Assembly: GCA_050010135.1 (NCBI GenBank)
Contig: JBEKLP010000001.1
Coordinates: 15,289-79,288 of the forward strand
Direction: 5' to 3'
DNA length: 64,000 nucleotides
Source: Anaerolineales bacterium
Lineage (GTDB): Bacteria > Chloroflexota > Anaerolineae > Anaerolineales > RBG-16-64-43
Shown here: piece by piece, positions 1-9,258 of the stretch
Layout of the letters: each line of letters begins with the position of its first letter
Position numbering within the stretch: the stretch's first letter is position 1
Program-made: the position numbers and the translations under genes
The notes under the pieces: generated by a model
What the model saw: only the letters and a program-made list of their open reading frames with translations
What the model was told of the DNA's origin: nothing
Databases searched by the model: none

Positions 1-119
1 CAATAATTACTAGATGGATGAATTATTTCGGGGATTATTCTCGCGAAATCAAACCAACTGTTTTGTTAATCGGATCCCGTGAAGCGCCAGCCCGCGTTCC
101 CGCGAATGCGCTGGTTCGA

Positions 120-566
120 CTATCTTCCCATCAGCGTCACCACACAAACCGCCACCGCAACCCCGACCAACACGCCGATTGCCACCTCGCCGGGCGTGTG
201 CCCGAGCAATTCCTTTAAATTTTCCTCTTTCAGCGGATGACCGTGCGACAGGTCTTCAATAATGGCGTTGATCACCCGGGCGTGTTCCCCGGCCTGCCGC
301 CGCACCCCGGCGGCGTCGTACAGGATGACCATGCTCACCGCCACTCCCAAAGCGAACTCCGGCGAAGCCACCCCCTGCAGCATCCCCAATGCGGTTGTGG
401 CGGCGACGATGATGGCCGAGTGGGTGGACGGCATGCCCCCGGCGCTGAAAAACCACGACCAATTCCACTCCCGGTCGCGTAAATATTGGAGGAACGGTTT
501 GCTGAACTGGGCAATCAGCCAGGCCACGGCCACCGATATCAGGACTTTATTCTGGAAGAGAGCCAT
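120..566 (-). CDS. Divergent PAP2 / YuiD-like (DUF212) membrane protein
   Basis: GGMPSTHSA, YDAAGVRRQAGEHA and LKELLGHTPGEV motifs align along the whole length with the B. subtilis YuiD family. Start set at MALFQNKVL, which matches the family N-terminus; the ORF-track start at 617 would overlap xseB. Confidence 0.75.
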   Translation of the reverse strand: MALFQNKVLISVAVAWLIAQFSKPFLQYLRDREWNWSWFFSAGGMPSTHSAIIVAATTALGMLQGVASPEFALGVAVSMVILYDAAGVRRQAGEHARVINAIIEDLSHGHPLKEENLKELLGHTPGEVAIGVLVGVAVAVCVVTLMGR

Positions 567-570
567 GCCC

Positions 571-825
571 TTAATCATACTCCTTTGGATCATCCGTCTT
601 TTCCGCATCCGGCGCACTTCCCAATTTCCGGATTCGGAGTTCCGCCTTATCCAAGAGTTCCGTGCAGGCTTTGGCCAGAACCCGCCCGCGCTCGTATAAA
701 GCCAGCGCCTCTTCGAGCGAACTGCCGCCGGATTCCAGTTTCGTCACGATCTCCTGCAACTCGGCGTAGGCTTTCTCGTACGATTTTTCCTGCGGGGTAG
801 TTTTTTTGGCTTTTGGAGACATCAT
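571..825 (-). CDS. xseB: Exodeoxyribonuclease VII small subunit
   Basis: 84 aa with YEKAYAELQEIVTKLESGGSSLEEALALYERG, typical of XseB. It overlaps the xseA stop by 4 nt (ATGA). Confidence 0.85.
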   Translation of the reverse strand: MMSPKAKKTTPQEKSYEKAYAELQEIVTKLESGGSSLEEALALYERGRVLAKACTELLDKAELRIRKLGSAPDAEKTDDPKEYD

Positions 826-2075
826 CCCTTCTCCTTTCCGGAGGCCGCTGATGCAGCCGAACCCGTGCCTTGTTCGGATCGTGCGGGAAAAGTGCCGTCG
901 GTCACCTGGACCTGCAACGGGGTTCCTGAAGGCGCCAGAGTTACCGATCGCACCAGGCGTCCGTCCGCTTCGCGCCAGACAAGCGCATATCCCCGGTCGA
1001 GGACCTGTGAGGGGCCCACGCCCTGCAGGATCCGGATCATCCCATCCAGTCGCGTGCGATTCAATGAAAGCCTGCCGCGAATCGATGCATCCGCGCGCCG
1101 CGAATAATCGTCCACCGACTGGCGGATGTTCTGCAACCGGCCCATCGGGGACGCGGATCGAAACCGCGCATCAAGCGATTGGAGGAGATTTCTTTTTTCG
1201 ATCACAATATCCTCCAGGCAAGAGCCCAGCCGCTGCCCGAGCCGAAAGACGTCTTCTTTCAATTCCTCTTGATTGGGAGAGGCCAGTTCCGCGGCGGCCG
1301 AGGGCGTGGGCGCACGCAGGTCGGCGGCGAAATCCACCAGCGTGAAATCGGTCTCATGCCCCACGCCGGTGATGGACGGCGTGTGCAGTGCGGCAACCGC
1401 GCGCACCACCTGTTCGTCGTTGAAGGCCCATAGATCCTCGATGCTGCCCCCGCCGCGCACAAGCAGGATCACGTCCGCGCGGGCCCGGTCGGCCGAACGA
1501 AGCGCGGCGCAAATTTTCTCCGGGGCATCTTCGCCCTGGACCGGCGTGGGCGCCAGCAGCAGTTCCGCCAGCGGGAAGCGACGCGCAAGCACGTTCTGCA
1601 CATCCCTCCAGGCCGCTCCAATGGGCGAGGTGACCACAGCGATCCGGCCGGGCCAGCGCGGGATGGGCCGTTTACGTTCTGGGGCAAACAGCCCTTCGGC
1701 TTCCAATTTGGCCTTCAAGCGGAGATATTCGGCGAATAATTCGCCCTGGCCGGAAGGCCGGAGGATATCCACGTACAGCTGGTATTGGCCGCCGGTTTCG
1801 TACAGGCTGACGTGGCCGTGGGCTTCAACCGCCTCCCCGTCGCGCGGAAGCGAAGCCCGCGCGGCGGCGTCGCGCCACATCACGCAGCGGACAGCGGCGG
1901 AGGAATCTTTGAGCGTAAAGTAAAAGTGCCCCGACGCGGGCCGTGTGATTCCGGAGACCTCGCCGCCCACCCAGATATCCTGGAGGACGGGATCGCTCTC
2001 CAGCGTCAAGCGCGCCAACCGATTCAGTTCCGTGACCGTCAGAAAACTGGGCCGAAGAAGGGGAAGTTGCCGCAT
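822..2075 (-). CDS. xseA: Exodeoxyribonuclease VII large subunit
   Basis: 417 aa. N-terminal OB-fold region (LTVTELNRLARLTLESD...VWVGGEVSG) followed by a catalytic region (VVTSPIGAAWRDV, LVRGGGSIEDLWAFN). Coupled to xseB. Confidence 0.9.
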   Translation of the reverse strand: MRQLPLLRPSFLTVTELNRLARLTLESDPVLQDIWVGGEVSGITRPASGHFYFTLKDSSAAVRCVMWRDAAARASLPRDGEAVEAHGHVSLYETGGQYQLYVDILRPSGQGELFAEYLRLKAKLEAEGLFAPERKRPIPRWPGRIAVVTSPIGAAWRDVQNVLARRFPLAELLLAPTPVQGEDAPEKICAALRSADRARADVILLVRGGGSIEDLWAFNDEQVVRAVAALHTPSITGVGHETDFTLVDFAADLRAPTPSAAAELASPNQEELKEDVFRLGQRLGSCLEDIVIEKRNLLQSLDARFRSASPMGRLQNIRQSVDDYSRRADASIRGRLSLNRTRLDGMIRILQGVGPSQVLDRGYALVWREADGRLVRSVTLAPSGTPLQVQVTDGTFPARSEQGTGSAASAASGKEKG

Positions 2076-2146
2076 GCGTTCACCGTAATCGTAATTATTG
2101 TACCAAGTTTTTTCCGGGCGTCCGGTTCCTGATCGCGTTCCACCGC

Positions 2147-2174
2147 GAAAAAAAAGACCCCGCCGGAGCGGGGT
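2147..2174 (-). terminator. Rho-independent terminator downstream of the ATP-grasp gene
   Basis: On the minus strand: CCCCGC-tccg-GCGGGG stem-loop followed by a T8 run, about 20 nt after the stop at 2192. Confidence 0.7.
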
Positions 2175-2191
2175 CGCTTGGGGTGAGAAGC

Positions 2192-3235
2192 TTAGGCCAT
2201 GGCCATCACACGTTCTGGAATTTCCGCCGGGATGGCGAATCGGGCCGAAGCCAATTCCAGAATGCGCAGGATGGTTTGTCCGTAATCATACCCGGCAGCG
2301 CGCGCGGAACGGGCGAACCCGCCTTCCATGGTGATATCCGGATTCGAGTTGACGTCAACCACGTATGGGATGCCGTCGCGCACGCGCAGATCCACTCGCC
2401 CGTAATCCCGCACGCGCAGCGCGCGCTCGGTCCGCCGGCAGACGTTCTCGATTCGCCGCCGCAGTTCGTCATCCACCGGCGCGGGGCAGAGCACCGAGGT
2501 CATCAGGTAGGCTTGCGAAGCCGGATCCCACTTGGCATCGAAACTGCAAAGCCGGTCGTGATAATCCTGGAACATCGAATAATCGATGCAGGCCAGCGGC
2601 AGCACTTCCATCCGGTCGTTGCCCCAGATGGATACATTGTATTCTGGCCCGTCGATGAAATCTTCCACCAGCGCCTTGCAATGCCAGGTGTCGAGCACGT
2701 ATTCCACGCGCGTGCGCAACTGCTCGGAAGAATCGACCACGGATTCCGATGTGATCCCGAAGGAGCAATGCTCGGTGGCCGGTTTTACCAACGCCGGAAA
2801 ACGCACCCATCCGTTGCGGGCCGGTTTGGAATAGACGGCCGCCTGCGGCGTGGGAATGCGGTGCTTGCGAAAATATTCTTTGGTGTTGATTTTATCCTGG
2901 GTGACGTTGAGGGACCACGCGTCCGATCCGGTATACGCGAATCCCAATCTTTCGAGGACCGGCGGCACCGCGCCGTACGCGTTCGGTTCGCCGTCCAGGC
3001 CTTCGCACCAATTAAAAATAATGCATTCGCGTGGATCGAAACCGCGAAGCGCCCCGGCAATATCCCTCCGGACGGGAATCGATGTCGCTTCCAAACCGAG
3101 CGAGGTCAAACCGTATTTCATTCGCGTGACCGCCTGCTCAGCCGCTTCGATATCCCCCGGAGTCCAATCGCTCATTACATTGTGAAGAATCAAAACCGAA
3201 TACGGATACGGTAACCCTTTTCCGATTCGTCTCAT
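2192..3235 (-). CDS. ATP-grasp ligase, D-Ala-D-Ala-ligase-like
   Basis: 347 aa. C-terminal DYGRVDLRVRDGIPYVVDVNSNPDI resembles the Ddl-type ATP-grasp Mg/ATP site. ALVKPATEHCSFGI resembles the central ATP-grasp strand. Confidence 0.75.
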   Translation of the reverse strand: MRRIGKGLPYPYSVLILHNVMSDWTPGDIEAAEQAVTRMKYGLTSLGLEATSIPVRRDIAGALRGFDPRECIIFNWCEGLDGEPNAYGAVPPVLERLGFAYTGSDAWSLNVTQDKINTKEYFRKHRIPTPQAAVYSKPARNGWVRFPALVKPATEHCSFGITSESVVDSSEQLRTRVEYVLDTWHCKALVEDFIDGPEYNVSIWGNDRMEVLPLACIDYSMFQDYHDRLCSFDAKWDPASQAYLMTSVLCPAPVDDELRRRIENVCRRTERALRVRDYGRVDLRVRDGIPYVVDVNSNPDITMEGGFARSARAAGYDYGQTILRILELASARFAIPAEIPERVMAMA

Positions 3236-3474
3236 AGTTCTCCTGAGATGTTGTCGTTCACTGGTTGAATTATTTTTTCCTTCATGATTTTTATTCTACC
3301 CTACAAAATAGGGAAGTCAATAGTTTTAATCTTAAATTAAGTTTTCACCTCTTTTAACATTCAAACCTTTCCGAAGCCTTTTGCGGACCGTTGCGCGAGG
3401 GATTTTTCTTTTTTTCGGAAAATTATTTTTATAATTATTTTGCGATTCGCTTCGCAACGATAATAAATTCTGAA

Positions 3475-3511
3475 CACGGATTTCACGGAAGGAAAGCACG
3501 GAGAACACGGA
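3475..3511. repeat. Four direct copies of a CACGGA(W) motif in an AT-rich spacer
   Basis: CACGGAtttCACGGAaggaaagCACGGAgaaCACGGAatttt, with copies starting at 3475, 3484, 3497 and 3506. It lies in a ~500-bp AT-rich gap inside the kamA cluster. Confidence 0.5.
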
Positions 3512-3739
3512 ATTTTAAAAATATTTTTATTATTTATTTGAAGGAATGGTGTTCTTGAATAAACCGTTTGATTGTAAGTTCAACAGCCCCGTGAAAGCGG
3601 CGACCCAGAAACCATCTTCGCATTGTGATGCACCCTCCGGAGTAATTCAACCGCCTGAGTGCCCGCCAACGCAAATACGACAGATTGTATTTCTTCGTAT
3701 AAGAATCAAGATCAATCTTCCAGATTGTTCCGGGATCGG

Positions 3740-4261
3740 CTAAAGCGATTCCGTCGACGGGGAAAGATATTTCACGTATACCAGTAAATCCTCGCCGGGC
3801 TTGTAATAATCCGTTATCCTGGCCGCCCGGCGGCAACCCATATGCTCATAGAAACGAACAGCGGGAAGGTAGGCATCCCCGGTGCTGGTCTCGATGACGA
3901 TCATCCGGCCGCGCAGGGCACGAACCGAGGCTTCCACAGCTTGGAACAACCTGCGCCCAACGCCCTGCTCCCGATGGTCGCGGTCCGCGCAGATCCAATA
4001 TAAATCGTACGTCCCTTCCGTGAGCGGGGTCGATCCCCAGCAGGCAAACCCCGCCAGGTCGTCTCCCGCCCTTGCGGAGAGAAACGCATATCCGGAATCG
4101 GACGTTTGAATGTACGCGTCGAACAGCTCCAGGACCGTCGCTTCTTCCTCCGGATTGAAAACATCCGCGCGGCGCGCAATCTCGGCGATGGCGTCCCGAT
4201 CCTCCGGCAGGCTTTCCTCCACCGTGAAGAACGGAGCATTACGTTTCATCCCGTGATCCAT
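3740..4261 (-). CDS. GNAT family N-acetyltransferase
   Basis: 173 aa. DHREQGVGRRLFQAVE matches the acetyl-CoA-binding Q/RxxGxG/A motif, and the size fits GNAT. Confidence 0.75.
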   Translation of the reverse strand: MDHGMKRNAPFFTVEESLPEDRDAIAEIARRADVFNPEEEATVLELFDAYIQTSDSGYAFLSARAGDDLAGFACWGSTPLTEGTYDLYWICADRDHREQGVGRRLFQAVEASVRALRGRMIVIETSTGDAYLPAVRFYEHMGCRRAARITDYYKPGEDLLVYVKYLSPSTESL

Positions 4262-4313
4262 TCCGGTTCCTCCTCCCTTGCATCCGGAGCATGAAACTCT
4301 TCGGAAGAGCGTT

Positions 4314-5555
4314 TTAGATTAATCTTTTCTGTTCATCATTCGCCGGCATGGCATCCGCCCCGTTCATCAGTCCGTATCTTCTCGCCCCGGCTTCCAACAC
4401 CGATTGGATCAACCGGTTGTAACTCCAACCCTCTGCCAGCGCGCAAAGCGTCAAATCGCTGATCGGTGTTAATCCCGGCAGGGAGTTGATCTCCAGGATG
4501 TATGGTTTGAGATTTTCGCCCGTGTGCAGGCGGAAATCCACGCGCGCAAAATCCAGCGATTGGGTTACGCGGAAGGTTTCGACGGCCAGCCGCGCCAAAT
4601 CCGTCGCAATCGATTCCGGCAATGGAGCCGGGCAGAGATAGGGATAGGCCTCCAACGGAAGTTCCTTGACTTTGCGGGAGTAAAACGGGTCCATATCCGG
4701 GATCCGGCTGTAATCCACTTCCGATATGGGGAAAACGTGAATACCGTTCCAATCCATCCCCCCGCCCGGAGTCCGGTCAACGGGGAGCGGATCGGGCACG
4801 GCTTGGCCGGCTTCCAACGCCGTGAGATTCCCCACCAGCCCGCAAGTAACGTCCCGCCCCGGAATGTATTCTTCCACCAGGGCCGACTCACTGTATTCCT
4901 TTAATATATATTCCACGCGCTCGCGCAATTGAGCTTCGGAACGGACCATTGACCCGGTGTCGATCCCCATGCCGGTCCCCTCGCGGTTGGGCTTTACGAA
5001 CAGCGGGAAACGCAGTTCCGGTGAGAGTGCAAGACCGGCGTGGGTGAATTCCTGGAAGCGCGGCGTGGGCAAGCCCGAAGCAATGAGGATGCGTTTGGTG
5101 GCGACCTTGTCGAGCGTGTTGGCCAGGCAGGTCACCTTGCCGCCGGTATAGGGGATTCCGATCATTTCCAGCACCGCGGGCACCTGCGCTTCGCGGCCGT
5201 CTCCGCGATATCCTTCGCAGGTGTTAAAGCAGATGTCCACTTTCAGCCGTTTGAGATGGCGGAAGAGATCCGGATTTCCGTCCAGCCCAATGACGTGATG
5301 GCCGGCGGCGCGCAGGGCTGCGGCATATGCGGCCACGTTGGTTTCGCTGTCGAGTTCAGCCAGCGCATCCGCCGGACGCGGACCATTCTGCGGCGCGTGC
5401 TTTCTCAGATTATGCAGGACGACCACGCGCAATCCGTGCCTGGCGCGCGGGCTTTTCTTTTGCGGCGAAACGGCCTCGACCGGCGTTGCGTTCTCCGGCT
5501 GGGCCAGCACTTCGAAGGCGTACTGCGCAGGATCTTCTTTTATCGAGGGGGACAT
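4314..5555 (-). CDS. ATP-grasp ligase, D-Ala-D-Ala-ligase-like
   Basis: 413 aa with LFVKPNREGTGMGI and DFARVDFRLHTGENLKPYILEINSLPGL, both ATP-grasp hallmarks. Confidence 0.75.
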   Translation of the reverse strand: MSPSIKEDPAQYAFEVLAQPENATPVEAVSPQKKSPRARHGLRVVVLHNLRKHAPQNGPRPADALAELDSETNVAAYAAALRAAGHHVIGLDGNPDLFRHLKRLKVDICFNTCEGYRGDGREAQVPAVLEMIGIPYTGGKVTCLANTLDKVATKRILIASGLPTPRFQEFTHAGLALSPELRFPLFVKPNREGTGMGIDTGSMVRSEAQLRERVEYILKEYSESALVEEYIPGRDVTCGLVGNLTALEAGQAVPDPLPVDRTPGGGMDWNGIHVFPISEVDYSRIPDMDPFYSRKVKELPLEAYPYLCPAPLPESIATDLARLAVETFRVTQSLDFARVDFRLHTGENLKPYILEINSLPGLTPISDLTLCALAEGWSYNRLIQSVLEAGARRYGLMNGADAMPANDEQKRLI

Positions 5556-5594
5556 GATCTTTCCGGCACGCCGGATCGGAATGCGGCGTCCGGT

Positions 5595-6989
5595 TTAGGG
5601 TTTGCCGGATGTTTTTTTCCGTAGAACCGGGGGAACAGGCGTCGCCCCAACGGCTGGGGATTTTTCGGCGCCGATCCCGCGCGGCTGCCACTTCTCTTCG
5701 TCGCGGTTGAGGCGGTGCTTGGATCCGCCGCGCGCATGGAGCGCTTCCCAGCCGACCGGCTCGATCGCCAGCTGTTCCCCCTCGAGCAACCCGCTGACGC
5801 CGGACTGGCCCGGTTCCGTCCATTTGTCGCGGCAATAGGGGCACGCGGCCGGATCGTGGGCCGTGTAATCCACAGGCTCCTCGTAGACGGAGATGTATCC
5901 TTCGTAATTCCGCAGCGCCGTGCGGTGGTCGGACATGCTCAGCAGATAGTTCGGTCCGAGCGGGATCTTCCCGCCTCCGCCAGGCGCATCGACGACGTAT
6001 TGGGGAACGGCGAAGCCGGAAGTGTGGCCGCGCAGTCCCTCAATGATTTCGATTCCCTTGGCGACCGGCGTGCGAAAGTGTCCCGCGCCTTCCACCAGAT
6101 CGCACTGGTAGAGGTAGTACGGCCGTACGCGGATGCGCAGCAAATCCTGCACCAGCCGGCGCTGGATATGCACGCAGTCATTGACGCCCGCCAGCAGGAC
6201 CGACTGGTTGCCCAGCGGGATTCCCGCGCGGGAAAGCCGATCGGCGGCCGCGGCCAGCTCGGTCGTGATTTCGTTGGGATGGTTGACGTGGATGTTGAGC
6301 CACAGCGGATGGTAGCGGGCCAGCATCGAACACAACGCGTCGTCCACGCGCATCGGCAGGAACACCGGCACGCGCGATCCGATGCGGATGATCTCCACGT
6401 GTTCGATGGCACGCAGACGCGCGATCAGCTCTTCCAGCAATCCCGGCGCGAGGGTGAGCGGATCGCCGCCGGAAAGCAGCACGTCCCGGATTTGCGGTGT
6501 GCGCTGGATGTAGTCGAACATCGCGTCAAATTCGGCGCGCGAGAATTGGGCCGACGCATCGCCGACGATGCGCGAGCGGGTGCAGTAGCGGCAATAGGAT
6601 GCGCATTGCGTCGTGACCAGCATCAGCACGCGGTCCGGGTAGCGGTGCACCAAGCCCGGGACCGGGGAATGCCGGTCCTCCGCCAGGGAATCTTCCATCA
6701 TCGCCGTGAACGGGACGAGCTCCGCCGCGGTGGGGATCACCTGGCGGCGAATGGGATCCGCCGGGTCGTCGGGATGGATCAGGGAAATGAAATACGGGGT
6801 GACATCCACACGGAACAGATCGCTGGCATTCAGCGCCGTCCGTTCGCTCTCGGTCAGCGGGAAGATCCGCTCGATCTCCTCCGCCGTGTTCAACCGGTGG
6901 CTGAGCTGCCAGCGCCAATCGTTCCATTGCGCTTCGGGAACATCCCCGAAGGCGCGCGCGCGCCGGGTTTCAAAAACCCTGGGAGACAT
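5595..6989 (-). CDS. kamA: Lysine 2,3-aminomutase (radical SAM, KamA/AblA family)
   Basis: 464 aa with the CASYCRYCTRS radical-SAM cluster motif, LLSGGDPL, and collinear KamA-like sequence. It ends in a Lys/Pro-rich C-terminal tail. Confidence 0.85.
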   Translation of the reverse strand: MSPRVFETRRARAFGDVPEAQWNDWRWQLSHRLNTAEEIERIFPLTESERTALNASDLFRVDVTPYFISLIHPDDPADPIRRQVIPTAAELVPFTAMMEDSLAEDRHSPVPGLVHRYPDRVLMLVTTQCASYCRYCTRSRIVGDASAQFSRAEFDAMFDYIQRTPQIRDVLLSGGDPLTLAPGLLEELIARLRAIEHVEIIRIGSRVPVFLPMRVDDALCSMLARYHPLWLNIHVNHPNEITTELAAAADRLSRAGIPLGNQSVLLAGVNDCVHIQRRLVQDLLRIRVRPYYLYQCDLVEGAGHFRTPVAKGIEIIEGLRGHTSGFAVPQYVVDAPGGGGKIPLGPNYLLSMSDHRTALRNYEGYISVYEEPVDYTAHDPAACPYCRDKWTEPGQSGVSGLLEGEQLAIEPVGWEALHARGGSKHRLNRDEEKWQPRGIGAEKSPAVGATPVPPVLRKKTSGKP

Positions 6990-7030
6990 TCCCGCCTCCG
7001 AAGGCCGCCGATTGTGCTTTCATGGAAAAA

Positions 7031-7198
7031 TTATTTTTGCGGGACGTTGGCTTGGGGGTTGATCTTGAGGATCTTCTGAATCAGGACGGCGCGTGCCTTT
7101 GAATCCTTGGTTTCCGCCAGGCGACCGCGAAGAAACTCCATCTTCTTCCTTTTTTGTCGGCGGCGTGAAATTTCGCGATCCCTCTCGGTTTTCGGCAT
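7031..7198 (-). CDS. Small basic hypothetical protein (55 aa)
   Basis: Internal ATG of the 148-aa ORF gives MPKTERDREISRRRQKRKKMEFLRGRLAE...; the upstream part of that ORF looks non-coding. No family recognised. Confidence 0.35.
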   Translation of the reverse strand: MPKTERDREISRRRQKRKKMEFLRGRLAETKDSKARAVLIQKILKINPQANVPQK

Positions 7199-7457
7199 GC
7201 TGCCCTCCCGGGTGTCTGAAACAAGAATACGAAAAGTATATCCCCTTTCGACGCCGGCGACCAGAGGAAGCGGGAACCAATCGCCGCGGGAAACTTTTTC
7301 TCCACCGATCTCCTTCCCGGAATTTTCGCCGTTCCAATGACGGTCAGCGGGCTGGTATAATCCGTCGCAGAACAATTTTTCACAGTGGACGAAACCCGCA
7401 CGCGGCGAGGAGACGGTGGATTGGCAATTCCTCCAAGATGACGGTTCGGACGGCACA

Positions 7458-7805
7458 ATGGATATCCAACAGCTCACGGAAAAGATGAACCGGTTCGTCC
7501 GGTCGAAGGGCTGGTACGATCAAAACTCGCCACGGCCGCAGACACCTCGCAATCTGGCCGTCTCCCTGATGCTTGAATCCGCGGAAGTGCTGGAACACTT
7601 CCAATGGGATCCACAAGTATCGACCTCGGTCAACCCAGAGCCTAATTCAGCCCTCGAGGAAGAACTCGCCGACGTCGCCCTCTATCTTCTGCAATTAGCC
7701 AGTGTGCTGGGCATCGATCTGGAACAAGCCATCCTTCGGAAACTGGAAAAAAATTATTCCCGCCGCTGGCCCGCCTCCCCAGAGAGGGACAAGGCGGCCG
7801 AATGA
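7458..7805 (+). CDS. MazG-like nucleotide pyrophosphohydrolase
   Basis: SAEVLEHFQW and EELADVALYLLQLASVLGIDLEQA form the EExxE/D-type four-helix MazG signature. Start taken at MDIQQLTEKM. Confidence 0.75.
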   Translation: MDIQQLTEKMNRFVRSKGWYDQNSPRPQTPRNLAVSLMLESAEVLEHFQWDPQVSTSVNPEPNSALEEELADVALYLLQLASVLGIDLEQAILRKLEKNYSRRWPASPERDKAAE

Positions 7806-8515
7806 CGGCTTCCAGTAAACACACAATCCTCGCCGTCAGCGACAACGTCTCACGGATATTGGATTCCTGCCGCGCTCCCGACGCCGTCGGCAAGGTCGAT
7901 TTCATCATCAGCTGCGGCGACCTGCCGTTCGACTATCTGGAACTCCTGATGAGCTGCTTCAACACCGCGATGTATTTCGTCCTGGGAAACCACGACGGCG
8001 AGGGGTTCTGCCGGGAAAACGGCCGGGTGGATTACCAACCGGACGGCGGCGAGAGCATCGACGGGCGCGCCGTGGAATCGCAGGGAATCCTGATGGCGGG
8101 ATTGGGCGGCAGCATCCGCCACGGATTCACATTGAAGAATCAATACACCGAGGCGGAAATGTGGCGACGGGTGTTGCGGCTCACGCCGCAGTTGCTTTCC
8201 AACCAGGCCCGCTACGGACGCCGGCTGGATATTTTCGTCGCTCATTCCCCCGCGCGCGGGATCCATGAAAGCGAAGACCCGGCCCACCGGGGTTTCGCGG
8301 CTTTTCGCTGGCTGCTCGAATGGGCCAAACCGCGCTGGATGCTGCACGGGCATTCGCAGTTCGTCCGACCGCCGCATTCCCTGCAAACCCGCGTCGGGAC
8401 GACGGACGTAACGTACGTTCCGCCGTATCGCGTCCTGCAATGGGAGGCGCAGAGCGTTGCCAAAGAAACGGCGGCGCCCAACTTCCTATTCAGCCGCAAG
8501 CGCATCCGCCGATGA
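7802..8515 (+). CDS. Calcineurin-like metallophosphoesterase
   Basis: ILAVSD, CGDL, GNHD, AHSP and GHS motifs appear in the canonical order. The start overlaps the previous stop. Confidence 0.7.
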   Translation: MTASSKHTILAVSDNVSRILDSCRAPDAVGKVDFIISCGDLPFDYLELLMSCFNTAMYFVLGNHDGEGFCRENGRVDYQPDGGESIDGRAVESQGILMAGLGGSIRHGFTLKNQYTEAEMWRRVLRLTPQLLSNQARYGRRLDIFVAHSPARGIHESEDPAHRGFAAFRWLLEWAKPRWMLHGHSQFVRPPHSLQTRVGTTDVTYVPPYRVLQWEAQSVAKETAAPNFLFSRKRIRR

Positions 8516-9114
8516 CTGCCAAGGCGCAGACAATGGTTGTCTCGGTTTTCGGCGCGGCATTTCTACCGGAAAACGGTCCGGCATACCAAACCGCGCGCGA
8601 ATTGGGGGAACGGATCGCCCGGCAGGGATGGGCTGTGGCGACGGGCGGATACGGCGGCACGATGGAAGCCGTCAGCCGCGGAGCCGCGGAAGCCGGCGGC
8701 CATACGATCGGCGTCACCTGCGAAACGCTGAGCCGCGCCGGACGGCTGACGAACGCCTGGGTTCGCGAGGAAATCCACTGCGAGACGATCCGCGAACGGT
8801 TGGTCACACTGGTGCGGCGGGCCGACGCCGCGATAGCGCTCGACGGTGGAATCGGCACGCTGGCGGAAATAACCTTTTGTTGGGTGCAAATCCAAACCGG
8901 CGAGCTTCCGCCGCGCCCGCTCATTGTCATCGGACCGGTCTGGAAAGAAACCTTGGACGCTTTTTTCCGTTCCGCAGACGGTTATGTAAAGGATTCGGAT
9001 AAAGCGATCATCCGGTTTGCCGCCTCGCCCCTCGAGGCGGTGAGAATGATCCAGAGGAACCTCTCCCCTGCCCCTCCCCTCTTTGGGAGAGATACAAAGG
9101 GGAGGGGTTCTTAG
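8512..9114 (+). CDS. LOG / TIGR00730 family Rossmann-fold protein
   Basis: GGYGGTMEAVSRGA and DGGIGTLAEI match the GGGxGxM and PGGxGTxxE LOG motifs. ATGA overlap with the upstream stop; start set at MTAKAQT. Confidence 0.75.
   Translation: MTAKAQTMVVSVFGAAFLPENGPAYQTARELGERIARQGWAVATGGYGGTMEAVSRGAAEAGGHTIGVTCETLSRAGRLTNAWVREEIHCETIRERLVTLVRRADAAIALDGGIGTLAEITFCWVQIQTGELPPRPLIVIGPVWKETLDAFFRSADGYVKDSDKAIIRFAASPLEAVRMIQRNLSPAPPLFGRDTKGRGS
9071..9112 (+). terminator. Hairpin plus short T-tract overlapping the 3' end of the LOG-family CDS
   Basis: CCCCTCCCCTcTTTG - 9 nt - CAAAGGGGAGGGG followed by ttctt. It encodes the last residues of the ORF, so function as a terminator is uncertain. Confidence 0.4.
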
Positions 9115-9258
9115 CAGCCATCAATCCATTTTATTCTCATCATTTCCAACTGCAATCGGGCAAGCCGTTATTCCCGATAAGCATTCTTCTGCTTGGCTTC
9201 GTCCTTCGAACCGGGTATGATTGCGGGATCAACGTTCCCCGACGGAGGAAATTCACCC

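Noticed and set aside
3534-3836. 100-aa and 65-aa ORFs inside the AT-rich spacer of the kamA cluster
   Set aside because: They overlap each other on opposite strands, have no RBS and no motif, and have atypical composition. They are most likely non-coding spacer.
5715-7079. 454-aa plus-strand ORF, and many similar long ORFs in 1-38.9 kb (e.g. 1273-1923, 15946-16695, 19556-20800, 19798-21135, 31927-32889, 32493-33611)
   Set aside because: They are antisense or out-of-frame overlaps of genes with clear family motifs. Their Arg/Gly/Pro/Ala-rich composition is typical of spurious ORFs in GC-rich DNA.
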